This document shows, in pieces, positions 18,669-28,574 of a stretch of DNA of 52,063 nucleotides. The notes under the pieces were generated by a model, which was not told the origin of the DNA, did no database searches, and worked only from the letters and a program-made list of their open reading frames with translations. The translations under genes and the position numbers were made by a program. This stretch comes from an uncultured bacterium (GTDB taxonomy: Bacteria; CAYUVA01). The stretch is from the NCBI GenBank assembly GCA_964448115.1, contig CAYUVA010000035.1, positions 1 through 52,063 of the forward strand, read 5' to 3'. The stretch's first letter is position 1. Every line of letters starts with the position of its first letter.

Positions 18669-19880
18669 ATGTCCACGGGAATTAAAGATAGAGTCGCTAT
18701 CATCGGAATGGGGTGCACCAAGTTCGGCGAACGCTGGGATGTCGGCTCCGAGGAGCTTATTGTCGAAGCCTTCCTGGAGTGCATTGCCGACGCCGGGATC
18801 GAGAAGCGAGACATAGATGCTGCCTGGTTTTCAACCTGTCTTGAGGAGATAAATGTCGGTAAAAGCGCCCTGCCTCTGTCAGCCACACTTCGATTACCCA
18901 ACATTCCAGTAACCCGCACTGAGAACTTCTGCGCCAGCGGCACCGAGGCATTCAGGGGCGCATGCTATGCGGTCGCTTCGGGAGCCTCGAAGATTGCGCT
19001 GGCGCTCGGCGTGGAGAAGCTCAAGGATACCGGCTATGGCGGTCTGCCCAACCAAGGCTCCGGGGTCGGTTCGCTGAATTGGCTCTGGATGCCGAATATG
19101 ACTGCGCCGGGGACTTTCGCCATGCTGGCGAGCAGTTACGCTGCCAAGTATGGAATAAAGGATGATGAGCTAAAGAAAGCAATGGCGCATGTCTCGGCAA
19201 AGAGCCACTATAACGGCTCTCTCAATCCAAAGGCTCATCTTCAGAAGGCGATTTCGGTTGATGCAGTACTAAGCGCGCCGATAATAGCGCATCCGCTGGG
19301 ACTTTTTGACTGTTGCGGTGTCTCAGACGGGGCTGCTGCTGCCATCGTTACTACTCCCCAGATAGCAAAGGAGCTAGGCAAGAAGGAGCTGGTCTCGGTC
19401 AAGGCGCTGCAACTGGCGCTCTCCAATGGCTTGGAGGCACAATATCACACCTGGGAGGGGGATCACTTCATCACCACCAGCAAGGCTGCGGCAGCAGCAT
19501 ACAAGGAAGCCGGCATCGAGGATCCTCGCAAGGAGATCAGCATGATGGAGCTGCATGACTGCTTCTCTATCACCGAGTTGGTTACCTACGAGGATGTCTT
19601 CATCTCCGAGCGGGGACGGGCGGTCAAGGATATCATGGACGGCTTCTATAACCTCGATGGCAAGATCCCTTGCCAGCCGGATGGTGGCTTGAAGTGTTTC
19701 GGACACCCGATAGGCGCCAGCGGACTGCGCATGTTGTACGAGATGTACCTCCAACTGCAAGGCAGGGCGGGGAAGAGGCAGATCAAAGATCCGGTCTATG
19801 GTATGACCCATAACCTGGGTGGTATGCCCTTTATGAACATCAGCAGCATCGCTATTATCGGGCGCTACGATGCTCACTAG
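18669..19880 (+). CDS. Thiolase (acetyl-CoA C-acyltransferase), SCP-x/archaeal type
   Basis: GAGGAGG RBS; VAIIGMGCTKFGE, ENFCASG, DCCGVSDGAAA, ELHDCF, GGLKCFGHPIGASG, HNLGG. Confidence 0.92.
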   Translation: MSTGIKDRVAIIGMGCTKFGERWDVGSEELIVEAFLECIADAGIEKRDIDAAWFSTCLEEINVGKSALPLSATLRLPNIPVTRTENFCASGTEAFRGACYAVASGASKIALALGVEKLKDTGYGGLPNQGSGVGSLNWLWMPNMTAPGTFAMLASSYAAKYGIKDDELKKAMAHVSAKSHYNGSLNPKAHLQKAISVDAVLSAPIIAHPLGLFDCCGVSDGAAAAIVTTPQIAKELGKKELVSVKALQLALSNGLEAQYHTWEGDHFITTSKAAAAAYKEAGIEDPRKEISMMELHDCFSITELVTYEDVFISERGRAVKDIMDGFYNLDGKIPCQPDGGLKCFGHPIGASGLRMLYEMYLQLQGRAGKRQIKDPVYGMTHNLGGMPFMNISSIAIIGRYDAH

Positions 19881-19950
19881 GTAGGCTACGAGGAAAGTGA
19901 TGAAGTGGTAGAGTGATAATGTGATAATGATAATATCAAGGAGATAAAAA

Positions 19951-22464
19951 ATGGGACTCTTTGATGATAAAGTGGTGGTCATCACCGGCGCTGGAAGGGG
20001 CTTGGGCAGGGAGTATGCCCTCGCCTTTGCCAAACAAGGCGCCAAGGTTGTGGTGAATGACCTAGGTGGAGAAAGAGATGGCAGCGGTCAGATGGTCAAG
20101 GCGGTCGCCGATGAAGTGGTCAATGAGATCAAGGCGCTCGCCGGCGATGCGGTGCCTAACTACGACTCGGTCGCCTCCATGCAGGGGGCGGAGAATATAA
20201 TCAAGACAGCGGTCGATGCCTTTGGAAGGCTCGATGTGCTGGTAAACAACGCCGGCATCCTGCGCGACAAGACCATCGTCAAGATGACCGAGGAGATGTG
20301 GGATATCGTCATCGAGGTGCATCTCAAGGGAACCTTCGCCTGCTGTAAAGCTGCTGCCCTGCAGTTCCTCAGACAGGGAAGCGGGGGAAGGATCATCAAT
20401 ACAAGCTCGCTGGCTGGACTGAAGGGCAACTTCGGGCAGACCAACTACAGCGCGGCAAAGGCAGGCATTGCCGGCATAACCAGAACGCTCGCCCTGGAAC
20501 TTGGCAGGAAGGGGATAACGGTAAACTGCATCGCCCCGCTAGCCAAGACCCGCATGACAGATGATATCGACATGATCCCGGATGAAGCAAAGCCAGAGTT
20601 GGTGGCTCCGATGGTGCTCTACCTCGCCTCGGATATGGCTTCAGGCGTGAACGGGCGCATCTTCGGGGTGCACGGCAATCACATCTTTGAGTATGTCATG
20701 GAGATGACCGATGGCGTTGATAAAAAGGACGAACCATGGACACCCCAGGAGATACACGAGCGCATTGCCGAGATCTCGATGACCGCTGCCGAGAAGGAGA
20801 AGAAGAAAAAGGCAGCCGCACCCGCTGTGGGGGAAGCCTCGCCAGAGCAGATCGCCTTTGATGTGCTTACCGCTATGAGCAGCGCATTCCTGCCAGATAA
20901 GGCGGGTAGTTGGAACGCCAACATGCACTTCGATATCGCTGATGCCGGCAAGTTCACCATGAAGGTATCTGAGGGCAAATGCACCGTAAATAAGGGCTTC
21001 ACCGGCGATGCTACCTGCGTGGTCAACATGGGCTACGACACCTTCATGGGCATGGCAAAGGGCGAGATCGACGGCAACCAGGCGTTCATGCAGGGCAAGA
21101 TCAAGGCAACCAACATGAAGGACATGATCAAGTATGGCTTCTCCTTTGATGCCAAGAAGGCGCAGGAAGCGGTCAAGAAGGTGCTCGCCTCAGCCAAACC
21201 TTCGGCTGGTGGCGGTCCCAAACAGCAGGTCTTGACCGCGCTAAATGCTATGATTACTGCCTTTTTGCCCGATAAAGCCGGGGACTGGAAGGCAAACCTG
21301 CACTTCGATATCGCCGATGCGGGACAGTTCACCATGAAGGTCGCTGATGGAAAGGTCTCGGTAGAAGAGGGATTTGATGGAGAACCGACCTGCGTGGTCA
21401 AGATGGGCTACGACACCTTCATGGGTATGGCAAGTGGGGAGATAGACGGCAACCAGGCGTTCATGCAGGGCAAGATCAAGGCGACCAACATGAGGGACAT
21501 GATAAAATACGGCACCTCCTTTGATGCCAAGAAGTCCCTGGAGGCGGTCAAGAAAGCCCTTGCCGGCGGGGAAAAGGCAGCCGAAGAGGAGAAAAAAGAG
21601 CCAGAAAAACCCAAACCAGAGGGTCTGAATCGAGAGATGCTGGGCAGAACCTACCGGTCAGCCCCTATCCTGGTGAAGCCGGCTGATACCATAGCTTACG
21701 CGGAGGCGACAAACGATCCCAATCCTTTCTATGTAGATAAAGGCATCGAGGGCGGCATTATCGCACCGGTGATGTTCCCGGTTCGGCTGATGCTGGGCGT
21801 ATTCGGTGAGATCATCCTCGACCCGGAGCTTAACCTCGACCTGATGAGACTCCTCCATGGCGAGCAGGACATGTACTTCCATGAGCCGATCTATCCTATG
21901 GATGTAATTTATCCTACTGCAACCATCAGCAAGATCGAGGATAAATCGACCGGGCAAACCATGGATATCAAGGGCGCTCTATACCGCCAGGACAGGATTG
22001 TGGCTGAGGTGATCAGCACATTGTTCATCAGGGCAAAGGATGCAAAGCGGGAGAAAAAAGAGGAAAAGCCCCAAGAAGCGCTCCCCGAGTTCATCTTCGA
22101 GGTGCCGATGCAGGTCAAGGAGAACCAGACCTACCTGTATGCCGATGCCTCAGGGGATCACAATCCGATCCATGTTGATGAATCGGTCGCCAAGGCTGCC
22201 GGCTTTAAGGGGGTTATATTGCACGGGCTTTGCTCTATGGCATTTGCCTCTCGTGCGGTGATCATGGAAGCAGGAGGCGGCGATCCAAGGCGACTAAAGC
22301 GTCTCAAGGCGCGCTTTAAGAATGTGGTCTATCCGCTTGATACCATAACCACGCAAGGGTATGTGGTAGAAAAGACCGATAATAGGCTGATACTAGGCTA
22401 CCGTGCCGTGAACCAGGAAGGCAAGGAGGTCATCACCAACGGCATCGCCGAGCTAGAGGATTAA
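19951..22464 (+). CDS. MFE-2-like multifunctional beta-oxidation protein: SDR dehydrogenase + 2x SCP2 + double hot-dog (MaoC) hydratase 2
   Basis: TGAGRGLG, VVVNDLGG, NNAGILRD, YSAAK; two SCP2 repeats (AFMQGKIKA); YADASGDHNPIH...ILHGLC hydratase-2 motif. Confidence 0.9.
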   Translation: MGLFDDKVVVITGAGRGLGREYALAFAKQGAKVVVNDLGGERDGSGQMVKAVADEVVNEIKALAGDAVPNYDSVASMQGAENIIKTAVDAFGRLDVLVNNAGILRDKTIVKMTEEMWDIVIEVHLKGTFACCKAAALQFLRQGSGGRIINTSSLAGLKGNFGQTNYSAAKAGIAGITRTLALELGRKGITVNCIAPLAKTRMTDDIDMIPDEAKPELVAPMVLYLASDMASGVNGRIFGVHGNHIFEYVMEMTDGVDKKDEPWTPQEIHERIAEISMTAAEKEKKKKAAAPAVGEASPEQIAFDVLTAMSSAFLPDKAGSWNANMHFDIADAGKFTMKVSEGKCTVNKGFTGDATCVVNMGYDTFMGMAKGEIDGNQAFMQGKIKATNMKDMIKYGFSFDAKKAQEAVKKVLASAKPSAGGGPKQQVLTALNAMITAFLPDKAGDWKANLHFDIADAGQFTMKVADGKVSVEEGFDGEPTCVVKMGYDTFMGMASGEIDGNQAFMQGKIKATNMRDMIKYGTSFDAKKSLEAVKKALAGGEKAAEEEKKEPEKPKPEGLNREMLGRTYRSAPILVKPADTIAYAEATNDPNPFYVDKGIEGGIIAPVMFPVRLMLGVFGEIILDPELNLDLMRLLHGEQDMYFHEPIYPMDVIYPTATISKIEDKSTGQTMDIKGALYRQDRIVAEVISTLFIRAKDAKREKKEEKPQEALPEFIFEVPMQVKENQTYLYADASGDHNPIHVDESVAKAAGFKGVILHGLCSMAFASRAVIMEAGGGDPRRLKRLKARFKNVVYPLDTITTQGYVVEKTDNRLILGYRAVNQEGKEVITNGIAELED
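20845..21570 (+). repeat. Intragenic tandem duplication of the SCP2 domain, 375-nt period
   Basis: cacttcgatatcgc at 20926 and 21301; atgggctacgacaccttcatggg and gacggcaaccaggcgttcatgcaggg are identical in both copies. Confidence 0.92.
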
Positions 22465-22550
22465 GGCTTGAGGATTATTTAATCCCACCAGAGTCGGAAC
22501 AAAAAGCTTGTCCCCGCAAAGACAGGGGGCACGAAGAGGAGAAAGAGAAG

Positions 22551-22640
22551 CACGCAAAGACGCAAAGAACGCACGGGAGAGGGGACAAGAGAAGGGGATT
22601 CTTAAAGCCCCTATCCCACACCCTTGCTCCCTCTCCTAGC
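22551..22640. repeat. Second copy of the composite intergenic repeat seen at 5773-5880
   Basis: Identical 19-mer cacgcaaagacgcaaagaa, then ggacaaga and aaggggattcttaaagcccctatccc (compare aaggggagtcttgaatcccctatccc). Confidence 0.75.
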
Positions 22641-22641
22641 A

Positions 22642-22795
22642 GAGTCTGTCTCAAAATCCCCCACATGTCATTGCGAGGAGTCCCGGCAAGTCGGGACGAC
22701 GAAGCAATCTTCTTTATAATCAATAAGATAGAGATTGCTTCGCTTTGCTCGCGATGACAGGGTATGGGACTTCTTGGACATTTTGAGACAAACTC
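22642..22795. mobile_element. MITE-like element: 16-bp terminal inverted repeats enclosing an RPE/REP-like palindrome
   Basis: gagtctgtctcaaaat ... attttgagacaaactc (1 mismatch); internal tgtcattgcgag...cgaagcaatct...agattgcttcg...ctcgcgatgaca stems. No transposase. Confidence 0.6.
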
Positions 22796-22881
22796 CTTTG
22801 GTAGAAGGCATTTCATTGCCCAAATGAATGGTATTAGTCATTTAAATTAGATATAGGGAGAGAAAGCCTTGGCTAACCGAT

Positions 22882-23805
22882 TTATATAGGCGTCTTTACC
22901 GAATTCAGAATCCGATTGATAATCCTCTCCGGGGTCAAACTCTGGTCATACCTTCTGTCCAGTATGAGACGATGAGATAATACAGGAACCGCCATGGTCT
23001 TTACATCATCAGGCAGACAATAATCCCTTCCCTCAATATATGCATAAGCCCTGGCTGCCTGATGCAAGAATATTGATGCTCGCGGGCTGGCGCCGAGCAT
23101 CACCCCATCAATGTTCCGAGTAGCAGCAGTAATAGCGATGATATACTCCATAATGGAGGGGTCAGTCTTTACCATTCGGCTTTGTTTTTGTATCTCAAAG
23201 ATCTCAGGCGGATGCATTACCGTCTCCAGCCTATCCGGATCAAGCGATTCTCCATGACTTATGAGTATCTCAAGCTCAGCCTTGCTCGCCGGGTAGCCGA
23301 TGGAAACCTTCATCAAGAAGCGATCTAACTGCGATTCAGGCAGCGGAAAAGTTCCATGATACTCGATCGGGTTCTGGGTAGCTATGACCATAAATGGTCT
23401 AGGCAGCTTATATGTGAAATTATCTACCGTAACCTGGCGCTCATTCATTACCTCAAGAAGCGCGCTTTGAGTCCTTGGGGTGGCGCGGTTGATCTCATCA
23501 GCAAGCACTATGTTGGCAAATATAGGTCCCTTTACGAATTCGAATTCGGAGGTCTTTTGATTGAATACCGAGACGCCGGTAACATCGGTGGGTAAAAGAT
23601 CACTGGTGAACTGGATGCGCCGAAACGATAAATCCAAGGAACGGGCTAGTGCCTTTGCCAGCGTAGTTTTTCCCACCCCAGGCACATCTTCAAGCAGCAG
23701 GTGCCCCTCGCAAATAATCGCAACCAGGCACAGCTTAATAACCTCATCCTTGCCCTTGATTATCGCTTTTGTATTGTCAAATAGGGATTTGAGCTTGCTA
23801 TTCAT
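22882..23805 (-). CDS. MoxR family AAA+ ATPase
   Basis: HLLLEDVPGVGKT, RIQFTSDLLPTD, LADEINRATPRTQSALLE, ATQNPIE, LPESQLDRF. Confidence 0.95.
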   Translation of the reverse strand: MNSKLKSLFDNTKAIIKGKDEVIKLCLVAIICEGHLLLEDVPGVGKTTLAKALARSLDLSFRRIQFTSDLLPTDVTGVSVFNQKTSEFEFVKGPIFANIVLADEINRATPRTQSALLEVMNERQVTVDNFTYKLPRPFMVIATQNPIEYHGTFPLPESQLDRFLMKVSIGYPASKAELEILISHGESLDPDRLETVMHPPEIFEIQKQSRMVKTDPSIMEYIIAITAATRNIDGVMLGASPRASIFLHQAARAYAYIEGRDYCLPDDVKTMAVPVLSHRLILDRRYDQSLTPERIINRILNSVKTPI

Positions 23806-25747
23806 CGTTTGAAGACTCGACCGCCCTTAGTATCTTCCCGTTATCGAATGCCTGGTTGAAGTACTTGATTATCTCGGGATCGAACTGTGAACCTGCGGCG
23901 GCGTTTATCCTCTCCTTTGCCACCTTGGGGGGTAGAGCAGGCTGATAAGGGCGGTCTGAGGTTATAGCATCATAAGTGTCGGCGATGGCGATTATTTTTC
24001 CTTCCAGTGAGATCTGCTCTCCCTTCAATCGGGAAGGATATCCGCTTCCATCGACCTTCTCGTGGTGTTGGGCAACACCCATAACAACATCTCGCATCTT
24101 TTTTATGTTGCTCAATATATCCTGTCCGATCTTGGGATGCTGGCGCATCAGGTCCATCTCGGATGGGGTCAACTCTGCCGGTTTTCCCAACACGGCGTCC
24201 CTGATGCCTATCTTTCCCACATCGTGCAGTAGCCCAGCCATGCGCAGTCGTTTAAGCCGAGATCGCGACATACCCATCTCCTCGCCGATGGCAACGCTTA
24301 TTTTAGAGACCCGATCCGAGTGCCCGTGAAGATAGCGATCCTTCGCATCGATGGTAGCTGCGATAGCCTTGATGGTATCGAAGAAGGTATCCTCGATCTC
24401 CGAATAAAGCTGGGCGTTCTTTATCGAGATGGCTGCATGAGCGGCAAAGGAGTTGAAGGCTTCCAGATCTTGACTGGTAAAAACCTTGGTTGTAGAGCGA
24501 CTATCAACATATAGCACACCGAGTGGCTTGCTCTTCTGGGCAAAAAAGCTGGTTGTTATGGCAGACTCGGAGATATTGTCATAATATAGTCGAGGCTCCT
24601 TCAAGGGAACGCACATAATAGTCCTAAGTTGCAGAGCCATTATGCTCTGCTGTTTCTTGAGGTTCTCGTCCTGATCAACATTGTTAGCGATCACCGCCTC
24701 CCCTTCTGAGAGTACCTTTTTTATCACCGAGCGACTGATAAGTATATCTTCCCTGCTAAGAGACTTACTGTCCTTGCTTTTACCGAGCCTGAATCTAAGT
24801 TCGCCGTCCTCATCAGCCAAGAGCAGAACCGCCCTCTCTCCCCCGGTTATGATAAGCACCTTGTCGATAACTATCTTGAGCAGGTCATCCAAAAAGATGC
24901 TTGAGCTTAACGCTTTTTGTATCTCGTAGAGCATCTGTAGGCGCTGGTTGCTCTGCGAGACTTCCTGGAAAAGACTGCTCATGTGGTGGTGCAACCAGGC
25001 ATTCTCTATGGCAATGGAGGCGTTGTTTGCCAATGCTTCCAGGATGGAGAGATCCGACTCGGAGAACGGCTTGGAGATGTCAGTGCTATCAACATAGAGT
25101 AGTCCGATTATGCGGGAACGGATATCCTGTAGAAATTGTTGCTTCTCATCATCCTTCTTAAGAGCCTTCAATGCGATGCCGCTTGCTGTCAGGGGCACGC
25201 ACATGATGGTCCTAAGTTGAAGATCGAGCACGGTATCGCTTTGCTTGAAGCGGCTATCCTTTGGCGCATCCAGGATCACCTGAGATTTACCTGTCCTTTG
25301 GATTTCCTTGATAATTGTAGAGCTATACTTGATCGGTCGGGGAAGATTGCTCTTGCGATAATCCCTTGCCACATGAACCTCGAATCCTGCTTCCCTTCTC
25401 TCCGAGGAATGCAAAACCGCCTTGGATATGCGTGATTCATAGTTCCTGTGCAGCAGAAGCAGCCCGCGTTTGGCGCCGGTAAAGGCTACTGCCTCATCGA
25501 CTATACTGTTCAGAAGCTCATCGATCTCGAGGGTTGTATTTATCTTGCGGTTGATACTTAAAAGCAGCTTCATCTTGTGAAGCTTGGTGTCGCTTGATGG
25601 TTCCTTGCCTTCGGCATGGGATGTTGAATCTCGATCATGGAAGCTACCAGACGATTCCGCATCCAGGTCCTTAGAACCGCCCCTTATCTTCTTAAGATCT
25701 TTTAATAATCGGATCTTCTCGGTATCGCCTTTTCTTTTATCTTCCAT
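23798..25747 (-). CDS. GAF-GAF-HD-GYP cyclic dinucleotide phosphodiesterase
   Basis: Two GAF repeats (LRTIMCVPL...YVDS...ASIAIENA / AAISIKNA); HSDRV, LLHDVGKIG, HHEKVDGSGYP, ADTYDAITSDRPY. Confidence 0.93.
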   Translation of the reverse strand: MEDKRKGDTEKIRLLKDLKKIRGGSKDLDAESSGSFHDRDSTSHAEGKEPSSDTKLHKMKLLLSINRKINTTLEIDELLNSIVDEAVAFTGAKRGLLLLHRNYESRISKAVLHSSERREAGFEVHVARDYRKSNLPRPIKYSSTIIKEIQRTGKSQVILDAPKDSRFKQSDTVLDLQLRTIMCVPLTASGIALKALKKDDEKQQFLQDIRSRIIGLLYVDSTDISKPFSESDLSILEALANNASIAIENAWLHHHMSSLFQEVSQSNQRLQMLYEIQKALSSSIFLDDLLKIVIDKVLIITGGERAVLLLADEDGELRFRLGKSKDSKSLSREDILISRSVIKKVLSEGEAVIANNVDQDENLKKQQSIMALQLRTIMCVPLKEPRLYYDNISESAITTSFFAQKSKPLGVLYVDSRSTTKVFTSQDLEAFNSFAAHAAISIKNAQLYSEIEDTFFDTIKAIAATIDAKDRYLHGHSDRVSKISVAIGEEMGMSRSRLKRLRMAGLLHDVGKIGIRDAVLGKPAELTPSEMDLMRQHPKIGQDILSNIKKMRDVVMGVAQHHEKVDGSGYPSRLKGEQISLEGKIIAIADTYDAITSDRPYQPALPPKVAKERINAAAGSQFDPEIIKYFNQAFDNGKILRAVESSNDE

Positions 25748-25821
25748 AAATTTGAATGATCCTTTTTATGTTTTTTTTTCAACAAACCTATAAGGATAAC
25801 AAGCACGGTGCTTCGGAGGGT

Positions 25822-26388
25822 TTATTTTATCAGCTTGGAGATCTTTCGGAACTCTTCGGTGCCAGCCCGGCGCAGCAGCAAATAAACAAGGGCTTCGGTG
25901 GTGGTTATTATCGCACCTGCCCTTGACATAAGCTGCAAGGCTGCCTCCATATCATCGCTTTTGCGCGAGGAGACAGCATCCCTAGGGACGAATACCTTGT
26001 ATCCGCTGGATAGAAGATCCAAGACTGTCTGCAGGACGCATATATGCGCCTCGATGCCGGTAATGACTACCGTCTTTTTGCCAAGATCGCTGAGTTGCTT
26101 CTCGCACTCCTCGCACTTGAGGGAGCTGAAGTGAATCTTCTCAATGGTTTCGATACCGCTTAGGATATCGATGAGCTGGAAGATGGTCGGTCCTAAGCCA
26201 TCAGGATATTGCTCCGTAACCAGGATAGGTATGTTTAATAGCTTGGCGACCTGGATGAGAATCTTATTGCTTCTTATTATCCGCTCCTTGTTCTCCATCG
26301 TAAGGAAGAGCTTCTCCTGGATATCTATTATCATAAGAACAAGGTCGTTCCTGTTTGGCCAGATGTCCCTAGTCGTATCCTTGCTCAT
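25822..26388 (-). CDS. Isochorismatase family cysteine hydrolase (ISOC/YcaC-like)
   Basis: IDIQEKL, TEQYPDGLGPT, KIHFS, GIEAHICVLQT, DAVSSR. Confidence 0.92.
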   Translation of the reverse strand: MSKDTTRDIWPNRNDLVLMIIDIQEKLFLTMENKERIIRSNKILIQVAKLLNIPILVTEQYPDGLGPTIFQLIDILSGIETIEKIHFSSLKCEECEKQLSDLGKKTVVITGIEAHICVLQTVLDLLSSGYKVFVPRDAVSSRKSDDMEAALQLMSRAGAIITTTEALVYLLLRRAGTEEFRKISKLIK

Positions 26389-26714
26389 CTCATTAGCCTC
26401 CCTTCCTAGCTTTTGCTTTTATCATACTAGTTACTCAAGGCAATTTATTGGCACTTTTCTGCTGTTTACTATTATAATTTACTAAATTTTTACCCTTATG
26501 GAAAGAAGAAAATGCGTCCCTTCAAGAACAGGTCTGAAGGCAGGCAAATGGAGTCCAGGGCTTCCTGGGATTGCGATCGCCCTAATTAGGGGCAAGGGCA
26601 AGCCGTGTCCCCCCTGGTTTATTACACCATTTCCTTTAAGGACCTATGCTTATATGCTCCCCCCCGCGCCTTAATAAGCTATCCTAGCCGGAGGATGTCA
26701 TGGTGGGTAGTAAT

Positions 26715-28574
26715 CTATTCTCCTACATTCAGGTAGGGCCATAGATCGCTAGGTTGTTCATCTTTCTTTGCCATGTATTGGATAAGGGTGCTGCCTGGCG
26801 CGATGCCCGGCTCCACAGGTACCTGGTACATTCCGAAAATGCCCATTGCCGGGTCGAGCACTGGAACCATTTCGCCGGTCGGGTTACCATCAAGATAGAA
26901 CTCGACGCTGTCTGCTGCTACTAATTCCTCGGTGGCGGCATAGACCAACAGGCTCATATTTCCGCCCGCCTCTGCCGTAATGAAAGTTTCCATGTACCCA
27001 GCCAAGTAAATAATAACCTTCGGTGGCTTTGCTATCGGTGTGAATTCCAGCTGAGGCGTCGGGGTATTTGTGGGCGTTGCAGTTATGGTCGGTGTTGCAG
27101 TTGGTGTTGGAGTAGGCGCTGCCAATGTATGCGCTATGACATCGACCGATGGATTGCTCAGCGAACCTTTATTATCCCGTGCAGCAACCGCGATGAAATA
27201 CAAGGTATCTGATGCTAATCCACTCAACTCCGCGCTTGTCTGTGTAACATCGACATACTCTCGCTGATCGATCTGTGGCTGGTCGCCATAGTAAACCCGA
27301 TAGCCGACCAGGTGGCTCTCCGAGTTGGGCGACCAGTGCACCGAGACGATCTCTGTGCCTATCTCATCGATGGTCAAGCCCTCTGGATTGGAGAGATTGA
27401 GGTTCATATCCTTCAGGAACCAGACCCTGTTTGCGAACCTAAAGTAGGGATCGCTCTCGCCGACATCGCTTCTTATGCGCACGGCAGGACCGATGCCGGG
27501 AACGATCCACTGGTACTCCATGTTGGGAAGCATTGTATAAAGGTCGGTGCGGAACTGATAAAGGAGGCACGGATAATCGACTAAGCCCTTGGATTCGAGG
27601 TTAAGGCGAATCTTACCCTCGGAGAGTATCTTCTTATAGGTATTTGCCACGAAGTCGGCGCTATACTCGCCGGCAGGCTGCTGGATCTCACCGACCACGA
27701 AGTTACTCCAGCTCATGTTGTAGTCGGTTGGAAACAATAGACTCTGTTCATAACTCTCTTCATAAAGGGTAATCAGCTTCTGCGAGGGGAGATTCTCCCC
27801 AAGGATATATCCGTAAAGCGCCTGCTGTTGGGAATCATTGCCGTGAAACGAGTAGTCCCGGTCATCGTTGTCCGGGATATCGATCTTTAGGATATAGTCT
27901 GGATCATTAAATAAATATGGCAGGTAGTCTGCCTGTGGGGATTGGTCTAAGGCTACCACGGAGGTGATCTCCTCCTTGTAAAGGTAGCTTGCAGGTATGT
28001 TGCTGAAGTCCCAGAAGGTAACCTGCGAGGAGAGATTCTGTGGATTTATATAGGCGGAGACATTGATATCGGCTGCCTTTTTATCCGAGCCTTCCTGCCC
28101 ATAGACCCAGTAGAACTCGATCGTATCCCCGACCTTAGGGGTGCTGGCGTCTGCTTCGAGCAGAACCGACCTCTGGTACGGATCCGGATCGTCCATAGAG
28201 ACGATCACAGGAGGGCTGAATTCCTCGGCATCATCGAACACAACGCCGACCTTGTATTGATAAGCCTCCCCGCAGACGATATCCCTATCGATATAGCGGT
28301 AGCTGGTTATCGCCTCGGCATTGATCTTTACGAAATCCCCAATTCCGTCATCGTAGCGATAGACATTGTAATAAGACGCATCTTCAACCAGCTCCCATCT
28401 TAGGTCGATGACACACTGGAGATTCCAGGTTGTGTAGATACCGTTAAGCTCGGTTGATTGCTTAATGGAAGCGGTCGCATTTCCGAGCATAAGCGGCGCT
28501 AAGATAAGACATGCCATCAAAGCGATAATAGCTTGGTCGCGTTTTTTCTTCATTGTCTCTCCCCTTGTGATCAT
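26715..28574 (-). CDS. Secreted FN3-domain protein with Pro/Thr linker and the shared C-terminal domain
   Basis: Signal peptide (MKKKRDQAIIAL...ATA; start possibly 28553); FN3 motifs LRW..YNVYR..YQYKV and VHW..GYRVYYG..LSGL..YFIAVAA; ends SDLWPYLNVGE. Confidence 0.88.
   Translation of the reverse strand: MITRGETMKKKRDQAIIALMACLILAPLMLGNATASIKQSTELNGIYTTWNLQCVIDLRWELVEDASYYNVYRYDDGIGDFVKINAEAITSYRYIDRDIVCGEAYQYKVGVVFDDAEEFSPPVIVSMDDPDPYQRSVLLEADASTPKVGDTIEFYWVYGQEGSDKKAADINVSAYINPQNLSSQVTFWDFSNIPASYLYKEEITSVVALDQSPQADYLPYLFNDPDYILKIDIPDNDDRDYSFHGNDSQQQALYGYILGENLPSQKLITLYEESYEQSLLFPTDYNMSWSNFVVGEIQQPAGEYSADFVANTYKKILSEGKIRLNLESKGLVDYPCLLYQFRTDLYTMLPNMEYQWIVPGIGPAVRIRSDVGESDPYFRFANRVWFLKDMNLNLSNPEGLTIDEIGTEIVSVHWSPNSESHLVGYRVYYGDQPQIDQREYVDVTQTSAELSGLASDTLYFIAVAARDNKGSLSNPSVDVIAHTLAAPTPTPTATPTITATPTNTPTPQLEFTPIAKPPKVIIYLAGYMETFITAEAGGNMSLLVYAATEELVAADSVEFYLDGNPTGEMVPVLDPAMGIFGMYQVPVEPGIAPGSTLIQYMAKKDEQPSDLWPYLNVGE

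Noticed and set aside
22475-22816. 113-aa minus-strand ORF
   Set aside because: Translation of palindromic repeat and MITE-like DNA (PCHREQSEAIS-type sequence).
26486-26714. Possible structured ncRNA in a GC-rich intergenic stretch
   Set aside because: Only short stems; no riboswitch, 6S, SRP, tmRNA or RNase P signature recognised.
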